A stretch of 64,000 nt of DNA from Fimbriosthenelais zetlandica (lineage: Eukaryota), in contig OZ365118.1 of the NCBI GenBank assembly GCA_977030845.1, forward strand, positions 16,554,001 through 16,618,000, in the 5' to 3' direction. Made by a program: the position numbers and the translations under genes. The notes beneath the pieces are model-generated. The model saw nothing but the letters and a program-made list of their open reading frames with translations, searched no databases and had not been told where the DNA came from. This document shows, in pieces, positions 12,264 through 24,919 of the stretch; positions within the stretch are counted from its first letter, which is position 1; each line of letters opens with the position of its first letter.

Positions 12264-13952
12264 CAGTGGCGGATTTAGGGGGGGTGCGCGGGGGCGCGCG
12301 CACCCCCCTTTTCAAAATCAAGCTAGGGTTAGGCGGCTATTCTGCCTCATCTTAATTATTTAGTACAGAAGCTGTAAGTTCACCGTCCTAGCAGACCCAT
12401 CCACTCTGGGGGAGGATGTCCCCTTGCACACCCCTGGTGACTGGGGTGTGGGGAGGCAATAGCCGCCTTGTTACGTAAGGCAAACAGCATAATAGGTGTG
12501 AATAGGGAAAGTTAGATAGTGGAGAAATGTGGGTCAAAGTGGTCAGTTGGACTAAGCAGGAGCGTGCATATGTCTGCACCCCTGGCCTCTTTTAACATGT
12601 CATTCTCACTATGAAGATGGGCCGTAGGCCTAAGTCTTATTTTCACTTGAGCATGCATAAGGGATGGTTCAAGTACGAAGTTTGTAGCTAGTCTGGGCCT
12701 AGTTCGAAACTCAAGGAACAACAAAAGCTTGCATACTTTGTTGCTTTAATTGTTGTATATTATAATTTTTGGTTAACTTCGATGAGCCATTTTAACTGAT
12801 TCTGAGCCAGTCTCACTCATGGGGGCGGGGGTGTCTTTGCCGGAAAAATTACGGGCATGTGCCGCCCAGGTGTCCAAATGGTGACCGAAAAGTTTGCCTC
12901 GTAGACGGGTAAAATACCACCCAACAGTGTAAGTTCCCCTATTGTGCCTATTACCAATACCCATCTCTGCTTCCAATTAGACTTTTATTGGGGGCCGTGG
13001 CTCGGTTTCCCAACTGTTTTAAGAGGCAATCCAAAGTCAAAAACGGATTTTAATTAACACATGTGGTTATTGTGTAAGAGACGGTACCTAAGGTGACTAC
13101 ACATCGCTAAATCCAGTCCACCCCAGATGACATTTTATAAGGGGTCAATGAAATCTAAAGGATGGCACGTTCCTAGTGACCATCATACTTCATAGGGGAA
13201 GAAGCGCACCCCCCCCCCCACCCCTGATCCACTTTCGACCGGGGTCATATAGGAAAATAACAGAATACCAATAAATAATTTTTAAAAATTCAAAAATCAT
13301 TTAAAATCTTAGTACTTCTTATTTCGAATTATTCTTTTTTATAGTTTTGTTTTGCTAAATATTGTCTTTATACTTAGATTCAAATATAAAGTAATTTAAT
13401 TGTGATTGTAATGTCCTGTTAAATTTCCCTTTCCAATTAATGTCCAGTAAGGTCACCCCCGCCAGGGCTTCATTCAGAGGGGGGGGGATATCCCCCTCAT
13501 CAACCTGCCGAGTAATATTTTTTCAATAACAATTGTTAAGAACTATATTTGAGCGTAAATATTTGAGCCAGAATGGCGAATAGTTTTTCACCCCTAGCCT
13601 AGAGCAGGCTCCATGTAAAATATCTCTACTGAAGTTGTTCATTTAAGACCTTATTTTACGTCCCAAAATGCACCAAATTACAGCTTAAATTCCAAAATTT
13701 TCCGGGGGGGGGGGGGGCATGCCCCCGGACCCCCCTAGCAATGCTTTGGGCCTCCGGCCCTCGCAAACGAGTCCTTTTGGCGCTCAGATTTTTGTTATAG
13801 TTTATTAGCGTTGAAAGTAAATCTGTATAATATTTTGCCGGACAAAACTATAATTTTCACTATATGGTTAGGAGCCCAAAATTATCCCCCCCCCCCCCTG
13901 GTGGAAACCCTGCCCGCGCACCCCCCTTTTGGAAATCCTGCATCCGCCCCTG
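12264..13952. mobile_element. Non-autonomous DNA transposon (outer element) with CAG...CTG termini and 5-bp TSD (hAT5-like by inference)
   Basis: The left end CAGTGGCGGATTTAGG (12264) and the reverse complement of the right end CAGGGGCGGATGCAGG (13952) form an imperfect 16-bp TIR. Both sides carry the direct repeat GTTTT (12259-12263 and 13953-13957). Subterminal GCGCACCCCCCTTTT occurs near both ends. No transposase ORF. Confidence 0.7.
13463..13912. mobile_element. MITE nested inside the outer element, with 5-bp TSD
   Basis: The left end CAGGGCTTCATTCAGAGGGGGGGGGATA and the reverse complement of the right end CAGGGTTTCCACCAGGGGGGGGGGGGGGATA form a ~28-bp imperfect TIR. TSD is CCCGC (13458-13462 and 13913-13917). 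Removing the element restores the outer element's subterminal motif. Confidence 0.75.
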
Positions 13953-14147
13953 GTTTTCTCCTCTTTCCCTCCCTCTACGCCGCTTCCCTGCCTATATCTC
14001 TCACAGAAGGACTTAAACGACCATTCCCACCTTAGATCTAACTCCGATCTGTACACAGGGCCTTGTTTTATTATCAAAATCGAGCCAGAACATGTCCATT
14101 TAGCGAGATCGCTTGTCAAAATAACTCCTAACTGGGTCACACCGCCA

Positions 14148-14212
14148 ACTTCCGGTTTACTTTTAACTCCGGCGCATGCGCAGTGCCAGCCCACGAAGCA
14201 AGATGGCGGCCG
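14148..14212 (+). promoter_or_regulatory. Housekeeping/mitochondrial-gene promoter: ETS(GABP/NRF-2) + NRF-1 + YY1 motifs
   Basis: ACTTCCGGT at 14148-14156, GCGCATGCGC at 14172-14181, and CAAGATGGCGGC at 14199-14210 overlapping the MICU start codon. Confidence 0.7.
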
Positions 14213-14415
14213 CCTTGAGGAAAAACATCCGACCCCTGGTCAACCAAATTCTCGCTCATAGGAGGACATTTTACAATTATACAACCAAAAATGGCTCACA
14301 TCCCAGTCTGCCCTTGGTTCTAGCATGTGGGTGTTCAGTGGGGGCCGGATTGACGCTGTATTTATCGAGTAACATGAGGAAAATGGCGCAGATCGACACT
14401 GTGTATGCTGCAAAG
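14203..14415 (+). CDS. MICU3: Calcium uptake protein, mitochondrial (MICU2/MICU3 pro-orthologue), exon 1
   Basis: Strong-context ATG (AAGATGGCG), 71 codons. The Arg-rich, acid-free N-terminus MAAALRKNIRPLVNQILAHRRTF resembles a mitochondrial presequence. It is followed by a hydrophobic segment LPLVLACGCSVGAGLTLYL and VYAAK, then the phase-0 donor AAG|GTAAGA at 14416. In frame with exon 2. Confidence 0.8.
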
Positions 14416-17400
14416 GTAAGACCTGCCTCGCTGACACTGTTGTTATTTAACCTACCCTGTGTGTTTACCATCGCTTTTTCCGCCTCTCTCAATACATTTA
14501 TACCCCAATATATGTGCACATCACCACCCAACATACTAGGCTGGATGTCTGAAGGTTTCAAACAGTTAAAATGAATCCATTGAGTGCTGCCTTCGTGTGC
14601 CTGTAGACACGAGGTCACGGACCAATGTAAACATTCATTCATGTGGCGCTCGTGTTGTGGCCTATTTGTTACCCCCGCTGAATGACAGCTCTACAACAAG
14701 CCCCGCCCCCTTTATCTCACACTGTCCCCTCCCCCTCCCCCCTACCCCCTCCTCCCAGCTGATTGCATGATGCTGAAGATGTCGCAACTCAAGGTGATGG
14801 ACTACTTGAGTTACCTACTTTTGACTCTGATGTCAGCTTTGGGCCTGACGTGTCCCTACTCGTCTCCGTACCTATAATGCTTATCAATAGCCTATGTATC
14901 CGTCTCAACTTGCCCATTTATATCTTGATTTTTTTTCACTGACCCTATATCACCTTCCCCATCTATTATACTCAAGGAATGGCGCAATTCATTCCAGTCA
15001 CAATAAACAAAAAATTAGGTTACTTCCCCTTTTTCTCCCTGAAATATCTGACGTAAGACCTATTCCTTTGTGATTTAAAATAAAAATAATCTAAGGGCAT
15101 TGCTTTGACATGAAAAATATACCTATTATTTGCTCTCAAATCAATGTGATACACGAATCAGACCTAATCCTAGATGGAATGTCTGGTATGTGATTCTTAT
15201 AAGGATACGGACTAAATTATATTATAAATGGATTTAGGATTGAATTATAATTTATTTATCATGACTTGAAATCATGACTGATGGGTCATTCTATCTAAAA
15301 CGGTCCTGCCATGACAGAGTAGTATATGAAAATGGTGGTATTTGCCCCCGACCTGCTCTTGTCTACCCCATATGTAAAAAGATGGACCTTGATTTTCAAA
15401 TCTATTTTCTCACTTTAAAGCTTTTCATTCAATTAGTAGACTAAGAACATGTACAGAAATACCTTAAAATTGTAGCTTGAGAAATAATTATTTTTCTGAT
15501 ATTTGTTTGTACTCGGTTCCCATTCCCATTTCCACCTTTTTAAAATAAAAATCCTTCATACTGATATAATTATATAAAGCACTTTTTGGTGGCATTACCT
15601 ATTTTATCAGTGATGTAATTTTCACCTGGGCCAACTATATAAGATTTCAAACTGGAGAGAGCGATCCATGCTTTGTTGTTTTGACACGCCATTAGTCCCA
15701 AATAGTGTGGTTGCATATTCAATTGGATACAGTCATTGGTATCCACATGCCAGCTGTCAAATTATGCGTGCCATGTCATGGCAGAAGGTGGGTACTTTAC
15801 CCGGTCCCGCTCATTTAAAAATCGAGAAGGGAAAAAATTATAACAACCACGGTCGGTATTTGGTTGAAAAATCTGGTCTAAGTTCACTGCGTGCTAGATT
15901 GTGGTACCGTAATATGTGCCGTTGCTTTTGTGATTTACGCGAGCTGCAGATCTGATTCATATCCTAGGATATGTGGAATTTGACTAACACCATATAGAGA
16001 GACAAGATTGTATACATATTTATGATTCTAGGCGTAAAACTTAGTTTTACAGTCATGGGGTTCCTTTTAAATTTAATGGTTGATAAAATATCCTTGAAAT
16101 GGAGAAAGAATTTGCGGTTAATAAATAATTAAAGAAACTAAATTTCATTTCCACTTTTGAATATGGTTCACCTTCCTCTGTAGAGTGGGGCCTATAGAGG
16201 TCTAGGCCTATACATACAGGCCTGAGACCCTTGGTGGATTTGTCCATGGTGACGCACCTAGTGATCTTTCTCCTCTCTCGATATATTATGAAGGCGGTCG
16301 CCAGTGCAGCGTGCCTTTGATCACAAAGCGTGGCGAACACAACAAGTGTCCGTGCTCACTCCGCCCTATGGCTTTATAATGGCGGGGGACCCCTCAAGCC
16401 CCAATGCCCCCAACCCACTTCAACCCCCGCCCCCCATTTTTTACTGATTTTAGATTCGCCACATGCTCTAATTTGGATCTCTAGTCGGTCTGGTGGTAAA
16501 GTGGCCTTAAATGGGGTTAGATCTAGTATAGTGGGGTCTCCATCCCCCTCACTAACCCAACCCAACCCCTACCCAGCAACCCCAATAATAAAGAAGGGAG
16601 TAATAACACAGTTTTGTTGGATGATTCACTTTAGCCCAAGCTATAATAGTATAATGATTAATGTCATATAATTAATATGGGAATTGCTAAGAAATAATAC
16701 AATGTATTATACTATGTATTATATCGAGGAATCGATTTATGGAATTTAGAGTACTTTTATTATAAAATTTATTTGAAGGAAAGTTCTCCTTTTCTACGAC
16801 ACCACAATAGAAACGCCTCTGTAAGCCTACATGTTTACGTCTACAAAGATCTTATGATTTATTACACTTTTGTACTCATTTTCCATAAATCATCGGAAGA
16901 GGGTCTGGGTTTGTGGTTGATGGGTGGGGGTGATGGTGGCGGGGGGGGGGGGGTAGTCTGACATGGAGGTCTCTACTGATAAAACGTGTTTGTTATCTGC
17001 GTGTTAGACTACCTGTTACGTCGCCTAATTGCTGTCCAAAATTGGTCTCGAGCTTTCTGATTCTTATCTGCCCCCTCTCTCCTTTCGGGCGATTCACAGT
17101 CAAGTTGCCAATAGCAATACAGGGCTCGCCCCAGCCTCGCCGCGCCCACCTTATCTCTGCCCTGGTTGGGGGCCATTACTTCTTGCCTTTCTCCAGGCGC
17201 GAGACCCCCTAGTCGAGGATAGCATAGAAATGTGGCCAATTTTTATCCCACTTGGAACATAATTTAGCTTCGCATACTTCAAAGTTACAGGAAAACCAGC
17301 TTGTGAAAAGGGTCTTTTCCTTAAAACTTTGCAGTATTTAATATAGGAAAAAGTTTGTTGCAATCATTTCCCTTTTCCACCTTAGATGGTGCGAAATCCC

Positions 17401-20400
17401 CTACCCTCACCTCTACCTCAATAATTTAGGATAATTTACATGTGCACCCTTAGCATGGACATGGAATTTGAACTGAAAGTCAACTGCGTTTAACTGTTAT
17501 ACAATATTTTAACCCAGTAAAAGTAAACTGTGAAATGTGCTGAAAAAGTCCATCAAAATAATGAGAATGGGTGAGATCAAGGCCCTTTGATCACTCATTA
17601 ATTTGTGGGGCGCACTTTAAGTCCATTCCATGCACCTTTACCTCTGGAAACCTTCCAGAAATTAAATCCTCTGGAAAGTTTTTGGAAAGTTCATTTAGAT
17701 TTCTCATACCTCATTGAGAGTAATTATTCTATCACTTGAGCTTGCCAAACATTGGCTTTTTACAGAGCACTGAGCTTTTACGGAGGTGCACATTTCACGA
17801 CACCCCTCCCCCTGTCCACTTCCACCATTTTTCATTATACAAATTCAAATAATTTCTGCCCAAAGTGTACATTTATTTCCAGGATGCACTCCCAACATTT
17901 CGGACCATAACTGTTAATATTTCCAGGGGTGAACGACCTTTCCCTTGTCTGTTCCCTTTCCTCAACCATACCCCTCCTTTCCTTGTTTACGTTGCAAACT
18001 TCCTCACCCGATTCTTGTACATTTCATTTAGCAAACCCATTATTCTAACTCATGAAAAGTTACGAACCCGGCTTACAAACATTGCCTTGAGAATCCTCAC
18101 TTCCTCCTTCTCCCCCTCACCCCCCCCCCCCTCAGTAATAGAGATATCAAATCTTTTGAACCCCCCTCCCTACTCCGCCCAGAGATGAATGTTCTTCTCT
18201 ATTACTAGTGATGCCGGCTTCTGAGCCTCCAATATGGTTGTGGTTGGGAGTTGTGAAGACCAAGGCCAAACTTTTCCACTTGTTTTCTGTCGGATCACAC
18301 CCTAAACTATTGTAGGTCATACCCCCTCGAGGCCAGACACCTCAGGTGGCTTCAGTTTGTGGGGCTCTGACTATACGTGATCCTGGGCAAGTAGCGTTAT
18401 TATAATGCACCCTGTTTACATTGAGAATAATCCAATAACATCTCAACAATTGCGTTCTAAAGTCAGAAGGTGAGAAAACATGTTTACATCCTTAATGACA
18501 CTAAATCCTGTACTCCACTGCTGCGATTTTGCTTGCGACACTACTGCGACAAAGGTGATGATTGTGTCGCAATGAAAAATGTATCAGCGGCCTTAAGGCC
18601 TTAGACACTTGGACTATAATGTATAAATTTGATTGTGACACAAGCATGGATGTAATTAGTCAATAATCAATGAGTTATCTCTATTATATGTGCAACCATA
18701 GGCCTAAGCATTGTTGTACAACGCCCTAAATATCAGAAGCCTTACTGACCAGCTGGGAATGAGAACACATCATTAAGTTTGTCCCCTTGATTGGTGGCCT
18801 TTTTTATTGCCCATTGTTCCCCACAATGCCTTCCTTTAGATGGGGAAGAGCTGAAGGCTCACCCCTTACCTGATCACCCAGGTCTACATGGACTATTTAA
18901 TAAGAGTGTGTTGATTTTGGTAAGCTAGCCACAAGGCGAGACTCTCTCTATACACAGTGCTGATCCCAAGACAAATAATGCTTGACCTCTGCCTGACCCT
19001 ATACTGACTGGACATGGATCCTAATGTCCAAGCGCACCTCCTTCACATGCCTGCAACTCAGGTGTCCAGACACTCCATCATGGACTGTTTCTGAAAAAAC
19101 CTAGCCCACTTTAGTTATAAAAACTTACCTTTAGTCCATTCCCTGTATCTTTTTTTCCATGAAACGGTCCCCATATTCCTCCCCTGCCCCTTTGACAACA
19201 CTACAAGATGTTTTTATTTGGGGTTTGTTTTATACACTAGGTCATTTGCAACCCTCGCTCTTTGGTGGGTCTCTTGACTCCCAGCCATATCCATAAGACA
19301 ATATTTATTGCCGGGAAATTTAAGTGAAATTCTCAAATGATGTTTGACATAGAAACGTGGCAAGATATAGGCTATGAAAAACATTCATATCTTACACGGA
19401 AAATGTAATGATTTAGTCTGAAGGAATTCTGTTTGAACAAAAGTTCTACCAATAGCCTACAGATACTTTGAGATTTTTTCCGATATCCACTTTGGTTTAG
19501 AAAAATATTCTTGCTCCGAAATAACACTTTTTCTAGCCACTGAATGTAATTTTCAAGTCTTTATAATCTTTTCATTTATAAGTATATAAATCGGATCTTA
19601 TTCCCTTGGCAAATCAATATTAAGGGCAATTCCCCCCACCCCCACCAGCACCCCGTGTACATGTATAAAAGCTAAGTACACATAACGGATCTTTGCTTCT
19701 CCCGCTCTCTGTATATGTACTAATCATCCTGTCATATTTACTTCTCATTTGAAGCGAGCTGGAAAGAAAATCTGTCATATTTGTGCCGAAAATTACACCT
19801 CGACTCGCCCATGGGAGCTGGGGGCCATGTCTGGGCCGGGGAAAAATAGGGTTGCTACTCTTTGAAGTTTACAAGGCCATCCATCTTTCTTATTGTCATT
19901 GATTCAAATAGTCTCAAGCAGTACGATGTCACGACAGATTACTAATATGATTCTTTAAAAGGACGGCCATTCTTTAACATTTGTGTCATAGACAGTTCCA
20001 TTTTGTACGAACGCATTATTGATTGAAAAAAAATAATAGGAAATTTTCGGCTAGGAGTTGTCATATATACCCGAAGGGCAATCCTTACCTAAATATATGA
20101 AGTATAATTCATATATTTTTCTACCCCAGTTCCCATGCAGACAAAACCAGATGAACAATTTCCAATTATGACCATAGCCAAAGGCTTCCATGTATTCCTC
20201 TGTCCCCACTCTCTTGTGAAGAGTTTTGGTGGAAGAAATAGAAGTTAATGAGACTCCCTCGATTTTCCTGAAAGCTTTCTATGATTTACTAAATGGTTTT
20301 CAGTTAGGATTATTTTGAAAAATACCTTACTAAATGTTGGGGTCTCAAAGGGTAGGTCTTCCTTGTATTGGTCTCAAAGTGTAGCTCTTCTAGGAATTTT

Positions 20401-20949
20401 TGAATATATGTATTCTAATCTGTATACATACCCTACATGTGCATGTATGATACTCTTTTTTAAAAATAGGAACTACACTCACATGCACTCACACATATAT
20501 AAAATAGTGCATATTACAAATTAATATATGATAATGTATGTATACATGTACACTAGTCTATGTGCTTTTAGGATAATGCCCCCACACACTCTCTTAGCCG
20601 CGACCCTGGATGCGTGGTGGGAGTTGAGGGCATTGGTTAACAATGTAACTAAATGCTTTATTCACGGGAACAGACTTCCATGGACGTTAATAGAAGTGAA
20701 AATGCTGGGGTAATTTGAAGGTTGGTGGTTGCATGGCCCCAGTGCGACATATATTGTGCACTGTCATGCCATGCTATGCCATGCCATGTATTCTTTTATC
20801 CCAGTGTGGGATTTGGCAGGAGAGGGTGGGGGTAAAGGTAGGGATGGAGAGGAGAGTGAGATAAGAAGTATGAGGGAATATGCTTTAGAATTAGAAAAAA
20901 AGATTTTAACTTCAGCTCTGAAACTTTTCACCAACGTGAATACCTAGGG

Positions 20950-21180
20950 AACAGATGCAAGGGTGGAGGGAAGGAGAGTGAGAGAGAGGAAACAAAAGGT
21001 ATAAAGATTCTTGGAAGGAGGAGAGATAGGCAGGCAGGTAGATATGGAGGCAGAGGGAATTGACTCAATAGATAACCTCCATCAAAATAACATGGAAGAA
21101 CAAATAAGGTAAGAGAGATGACAGGGCATTGTTGAGAGATCGAGATAGAACAAGAGAGAGGAAGGAGACTGAGAGAGAGC
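20950..21180. repeat. GA-rich low-complexity tract
   Basis: Purine-rich GAGA/GGAA runs. Confidence 0.7.
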
Positions 21181-24100
21181 ATAGCGGTTAGTTGCGCACC
21201 AATGTACTAGTATACCCCCCTCTCTCACCAACATCCATCCAGTACCCTGGACCTATATTTTAAGAATTGTCCCAGGTTGGAGACACCACCACCACCCCAC
21301 CACCACCACCACCACCTTGCCACCACCCTCTGCCTACCTGTGGAGACATTAACGTTACTCGGTGGTCTAGGCTTATTATTGCCTTCAGACTTTCAACTGC
21401 CAGGGTAATTGTCAGGCAGCACATTGCTTTGCACACCCCTTACCCCTTCGTGCAAGAAGGTTTTTTTTCTCATGCCCTTGCCCCCTTGTCTAGACTGATA
21501 CTTTTACTGCCATTTTGCTTCCCAAGCCATAAATCTTCGACGCAACAATTTCATGCAGCAAACATTCTATTTTCCTTAACCCCAAATGAGCAATGTCTTT
21601 GAAAAATCTCCATAAAATTAATTAATTCCCCATTATTTCAATGATATATTCGTGGTCTTATCCTGGATAAAATTTCACAGTATTTCTGCTTTGATAAATA
21701 GATACCCCGCTAGCACGTACTCCTCAATATTATTATTATTTCTGTTGGACATTTTTTCACCATCCCTTGACACCGTTCACATCAGGGGCATCACAGAGTG
21801 CAGTGTCAATCAAAGGCCTTCATACAATGCTGGTGGGAAATTTAAAATTGCCTTTGAAGAAACATGATTGTTTGATGTTGAGTTGTGGGGTGGGGTAGAG
21901 GATGATCGTGCCCTGGCTAGGGTCATGGGCCTGGGAGACAATCCAGAAATGGCATCACGTATAAAGGTGCTATAATAATATGAAGCATCCTTTTTGATCT
22001 CCACCGAATAATCATAGTCATTTGACTTCACCTTAGATCTGTTTGAACCATGCAAACTTTCAGAGTTTGCAAACAATAGATTGGCAGACGTTGCAAGAAA
22101 CTTTTCCAAAATCTGATATTTTTCGGTAACAATAGGCCCTTCCTCATGCACCATTCCTCTTGCACCATTATACTTAAATTATTTTGTAAAAAGTTCTGAG
22201 AATAGATATCTTAAAACTTTGTTGGGAAAATTTTATGTCTTGGGAGTGTAGGCTTGTTAGTCATGCATCATGTTCTTGAATAGAAGATTTCTTAAGTTGT
22301 TTAAGGATGTTTAATTAACAAAGGGCAGTCAGACTTTCCCATACATGTATTTGACCAGTTCGCGCCCACTCACCCCCACCCGCCCCCGCCCCCACCCACC
22401 TACATACACACCATGCGCATTTGTTCAGCCTTGCGTGTAACTATGGGAGTCAGTGATACTTACCCTGGGAGATGAACTTCTATAGTGTTCAATCGCCACT
22501 ATACGGTCATCATTTCCCCAACTAATTCAGTCATAATGGAAAAAATGCAGCCATAATAAGGAGCTCCTTACACCCCCTTGTTTGTAGGCCATTTTTGACC
22601 TGCCACATTATTACGACAAAGATCACAGATTGTAGCATCATCTCTTCCATGGCCAGGAATATCAGAGTGTAGGCGGGCGGGAAAATAAAACGTAAATCAA
22701 ACTGAATGTATGTGTGAAGACAGGGACATGGCGGGTGATCTAGGTAGACTTTACAAGTTTGAGCACCATAACGCTGACCCTGTCTTGACTTTCCTCCTAC
22801 TCTAGTAGGGATGAGTCAGGTGGGGTATTTCACCCAGTGGGCGGACTGCCGTATCTCACAATGACCACTTGTACAACTCTTCACTGTGGACCTTTACCTA
22901 CAGAGTTCATGGGGGCTGTTCTAGAATATTTTTTTTGGTTTATTTTATATTTTAAATTTTTCCCCAAAGATGAGATGTTTCCAAGGGATGTTAATCTGCA
23001 ATGAACTAATTATGACTTTGCATTTGGCCTTTGCTGGAAAAGCCCCTCCCTCTTCCACGAATCCTGCTAATTTAGCATAATGTCTTCAGGGGATTTTAAA
23101 GGATTTTTATATTAAAAATTCCTACCTGAACTTATGAACTTATCAATCTGAATCATATGCTGAACGGATGAAAATTTAAGGCAGAATAAAATCAGGTCAG
23201 GAGTCCCTAGACGAATATTTTTAAATCCTGGCCCATTGAAACATTTGAGTTGATTGAACTCATTTAGTTTTATGTTGACTTACTCGCCCCATGCCCATGC
23301 ATGTCACCGCGCCGCCACCAACCCCCAATGCCAATTGTCTCCGTTTTCCACTCATTTAGACTCCTTATCAAACAAGGATAAATCCTATAAATACATTTTA
23401 CAATTCTCTTAATACCTCGGCCCAGGGTTCAATTTGGAAAATCCAGATGTTCGAACGAAGTAACCGACTGTTATACAATGCCTTTTATTGTATGGCCTCT
23501 ACCTGCATCACGCCAATGCTGTACCAGGTCTGTGAGGTGTCGGTCTATAGTTCACTCACAGATCAAACAGCAGACCAGATTTACCCGGGGCTGATACCCC
23601 GTCTCCCCAATACACATATATACCTACACCCACACTCCTATGTCTTTGGAAAACCCCAATCTTTGTTGCCTACATTTTTTATTTGACATGTCAAAGGGTT
23701 ATAATATTTTCCATTTTCCCCAATAATTATGGTAATATTCCTTCAAATTCATTGAATTTATAATTATAAATCAAACCAATTCCACCCATTTATTGTATCA
23801 TGTATTTGATAACTTTCTAAATGTTTGAATTCAAACAATTATGTTGAAGATTTGTGTATATAAGTGTATTTAATTCTATTATATTTAGCTGCCACAAAAC
23901 ATAGGTGCAAACTCATATGTCACGACTCTTTGTTCCCATATTCAATATCAGTCACAGCACAGCTACCTTCTCTGAGGTGTACATCTTAGACAGACGTAGT
24001 TGCTATCGGCAAGGCAAAAAAAATGATGGCAGCGCCCTATAATAATGCACCCATGTACCCAAATATATAACCCTCAAGAAACCCAATCGATCAGTTGATA

Positions 24101-24834
24101 TTTCTGGATTCATACGAGAGCCATGTACTAACAAAAACTGTATTCTCAGGCCAAAGCGTGAATTTTAGGCCTATAGGTCCACAAAACGATGCCTCTCAAC
24201 AATATCCCTATGTACGTATATTACAAATACCCTGGTCTGAAGGGGCCATAAAGTTGGCGTTTTGTTACCAGGTATGATTAGAAGCGACAGGGCCATGTTT
24301 TGATCTTTCATAATTTCATCATCTTATAGTAATCATAAAGGGCGTTCCTCCTCTTTGTATTGTTTGATCCCCCGAAAAAAAATCCCATATAAGTTAATGT
24401 GAATAACATCCTGCAATAAAAATGCTTCTACAGCAGATACCCTGCCATTCCCATTGTCAATGCATTGTGCGAAACTCATGATTGTGCATAATGCAGGGAG
24501 GGGTTGCGAAATCTTGATATTGGTACTTTTTTTCCTAAAGGGGGGGGGGGGGGGGGGGGGGTGCGGGAAAAGCGTGGGTGTATTGTACAACAATGATATT
24601 TCATATCAAGCAGTTAACTTGAATACAACTCAAAGGCTACTAATACTCATAACGGTACTTTAAAGTATTTAGTTACTCTTGAGAATGCCTTTTCTGCCTT
24701 GATAATCATTTTAATAGTTTTTTCCCCAAACTAGACATCACCCACGCCCCAAATGTCATGCCCTTGAGAAATCGTTCATTGCCCTTTTATTAAATCATAT
24801 ATGATTTTTCCCCCGTTTATATGATTTGAATCCA

Positions 24835-24919
24835 GGGGCCTGTTTCATTAATAATTTCATTCCACATTGACCAATGTTAAGCTTGATTTATACCTCATCA
24901 ATATTTTGAAACATGCCCC
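24835..24919. mobile_element. Small MITE with GGGGC...TTTCA termini (PIF/Harbinger-like by inference)
   Basis: Left end GGGGCCTGTTTCA versus right-end reverse complement GGGGCATGTTTCA (12/13 match); no clear TSD. Confidence 0.5.

Noticed and set aside
14767-14877. 36-aa hydrophobic small ORF (MMLKMSQLKVMDYLSYLLLTLMSALGLTCPYSSPYL)
   Set aside because: Short hydrophobic ORFs are common by chance in T-rich DNA, and the upstream acceptor gives a stop in the MICU frame.
17197-17262. Strong acceptor (TTCTTGCCTTTCTCCAG) in frame with MICU exon 1
   Set aside because: No plausible donor before the stop at 17262 and no MICU similarity.
21810-22154. 114-aa AT-rich minus-strand ORF as a transposon remnant
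   Set aside because: No recognisable motif; cannot be supported without a database search.
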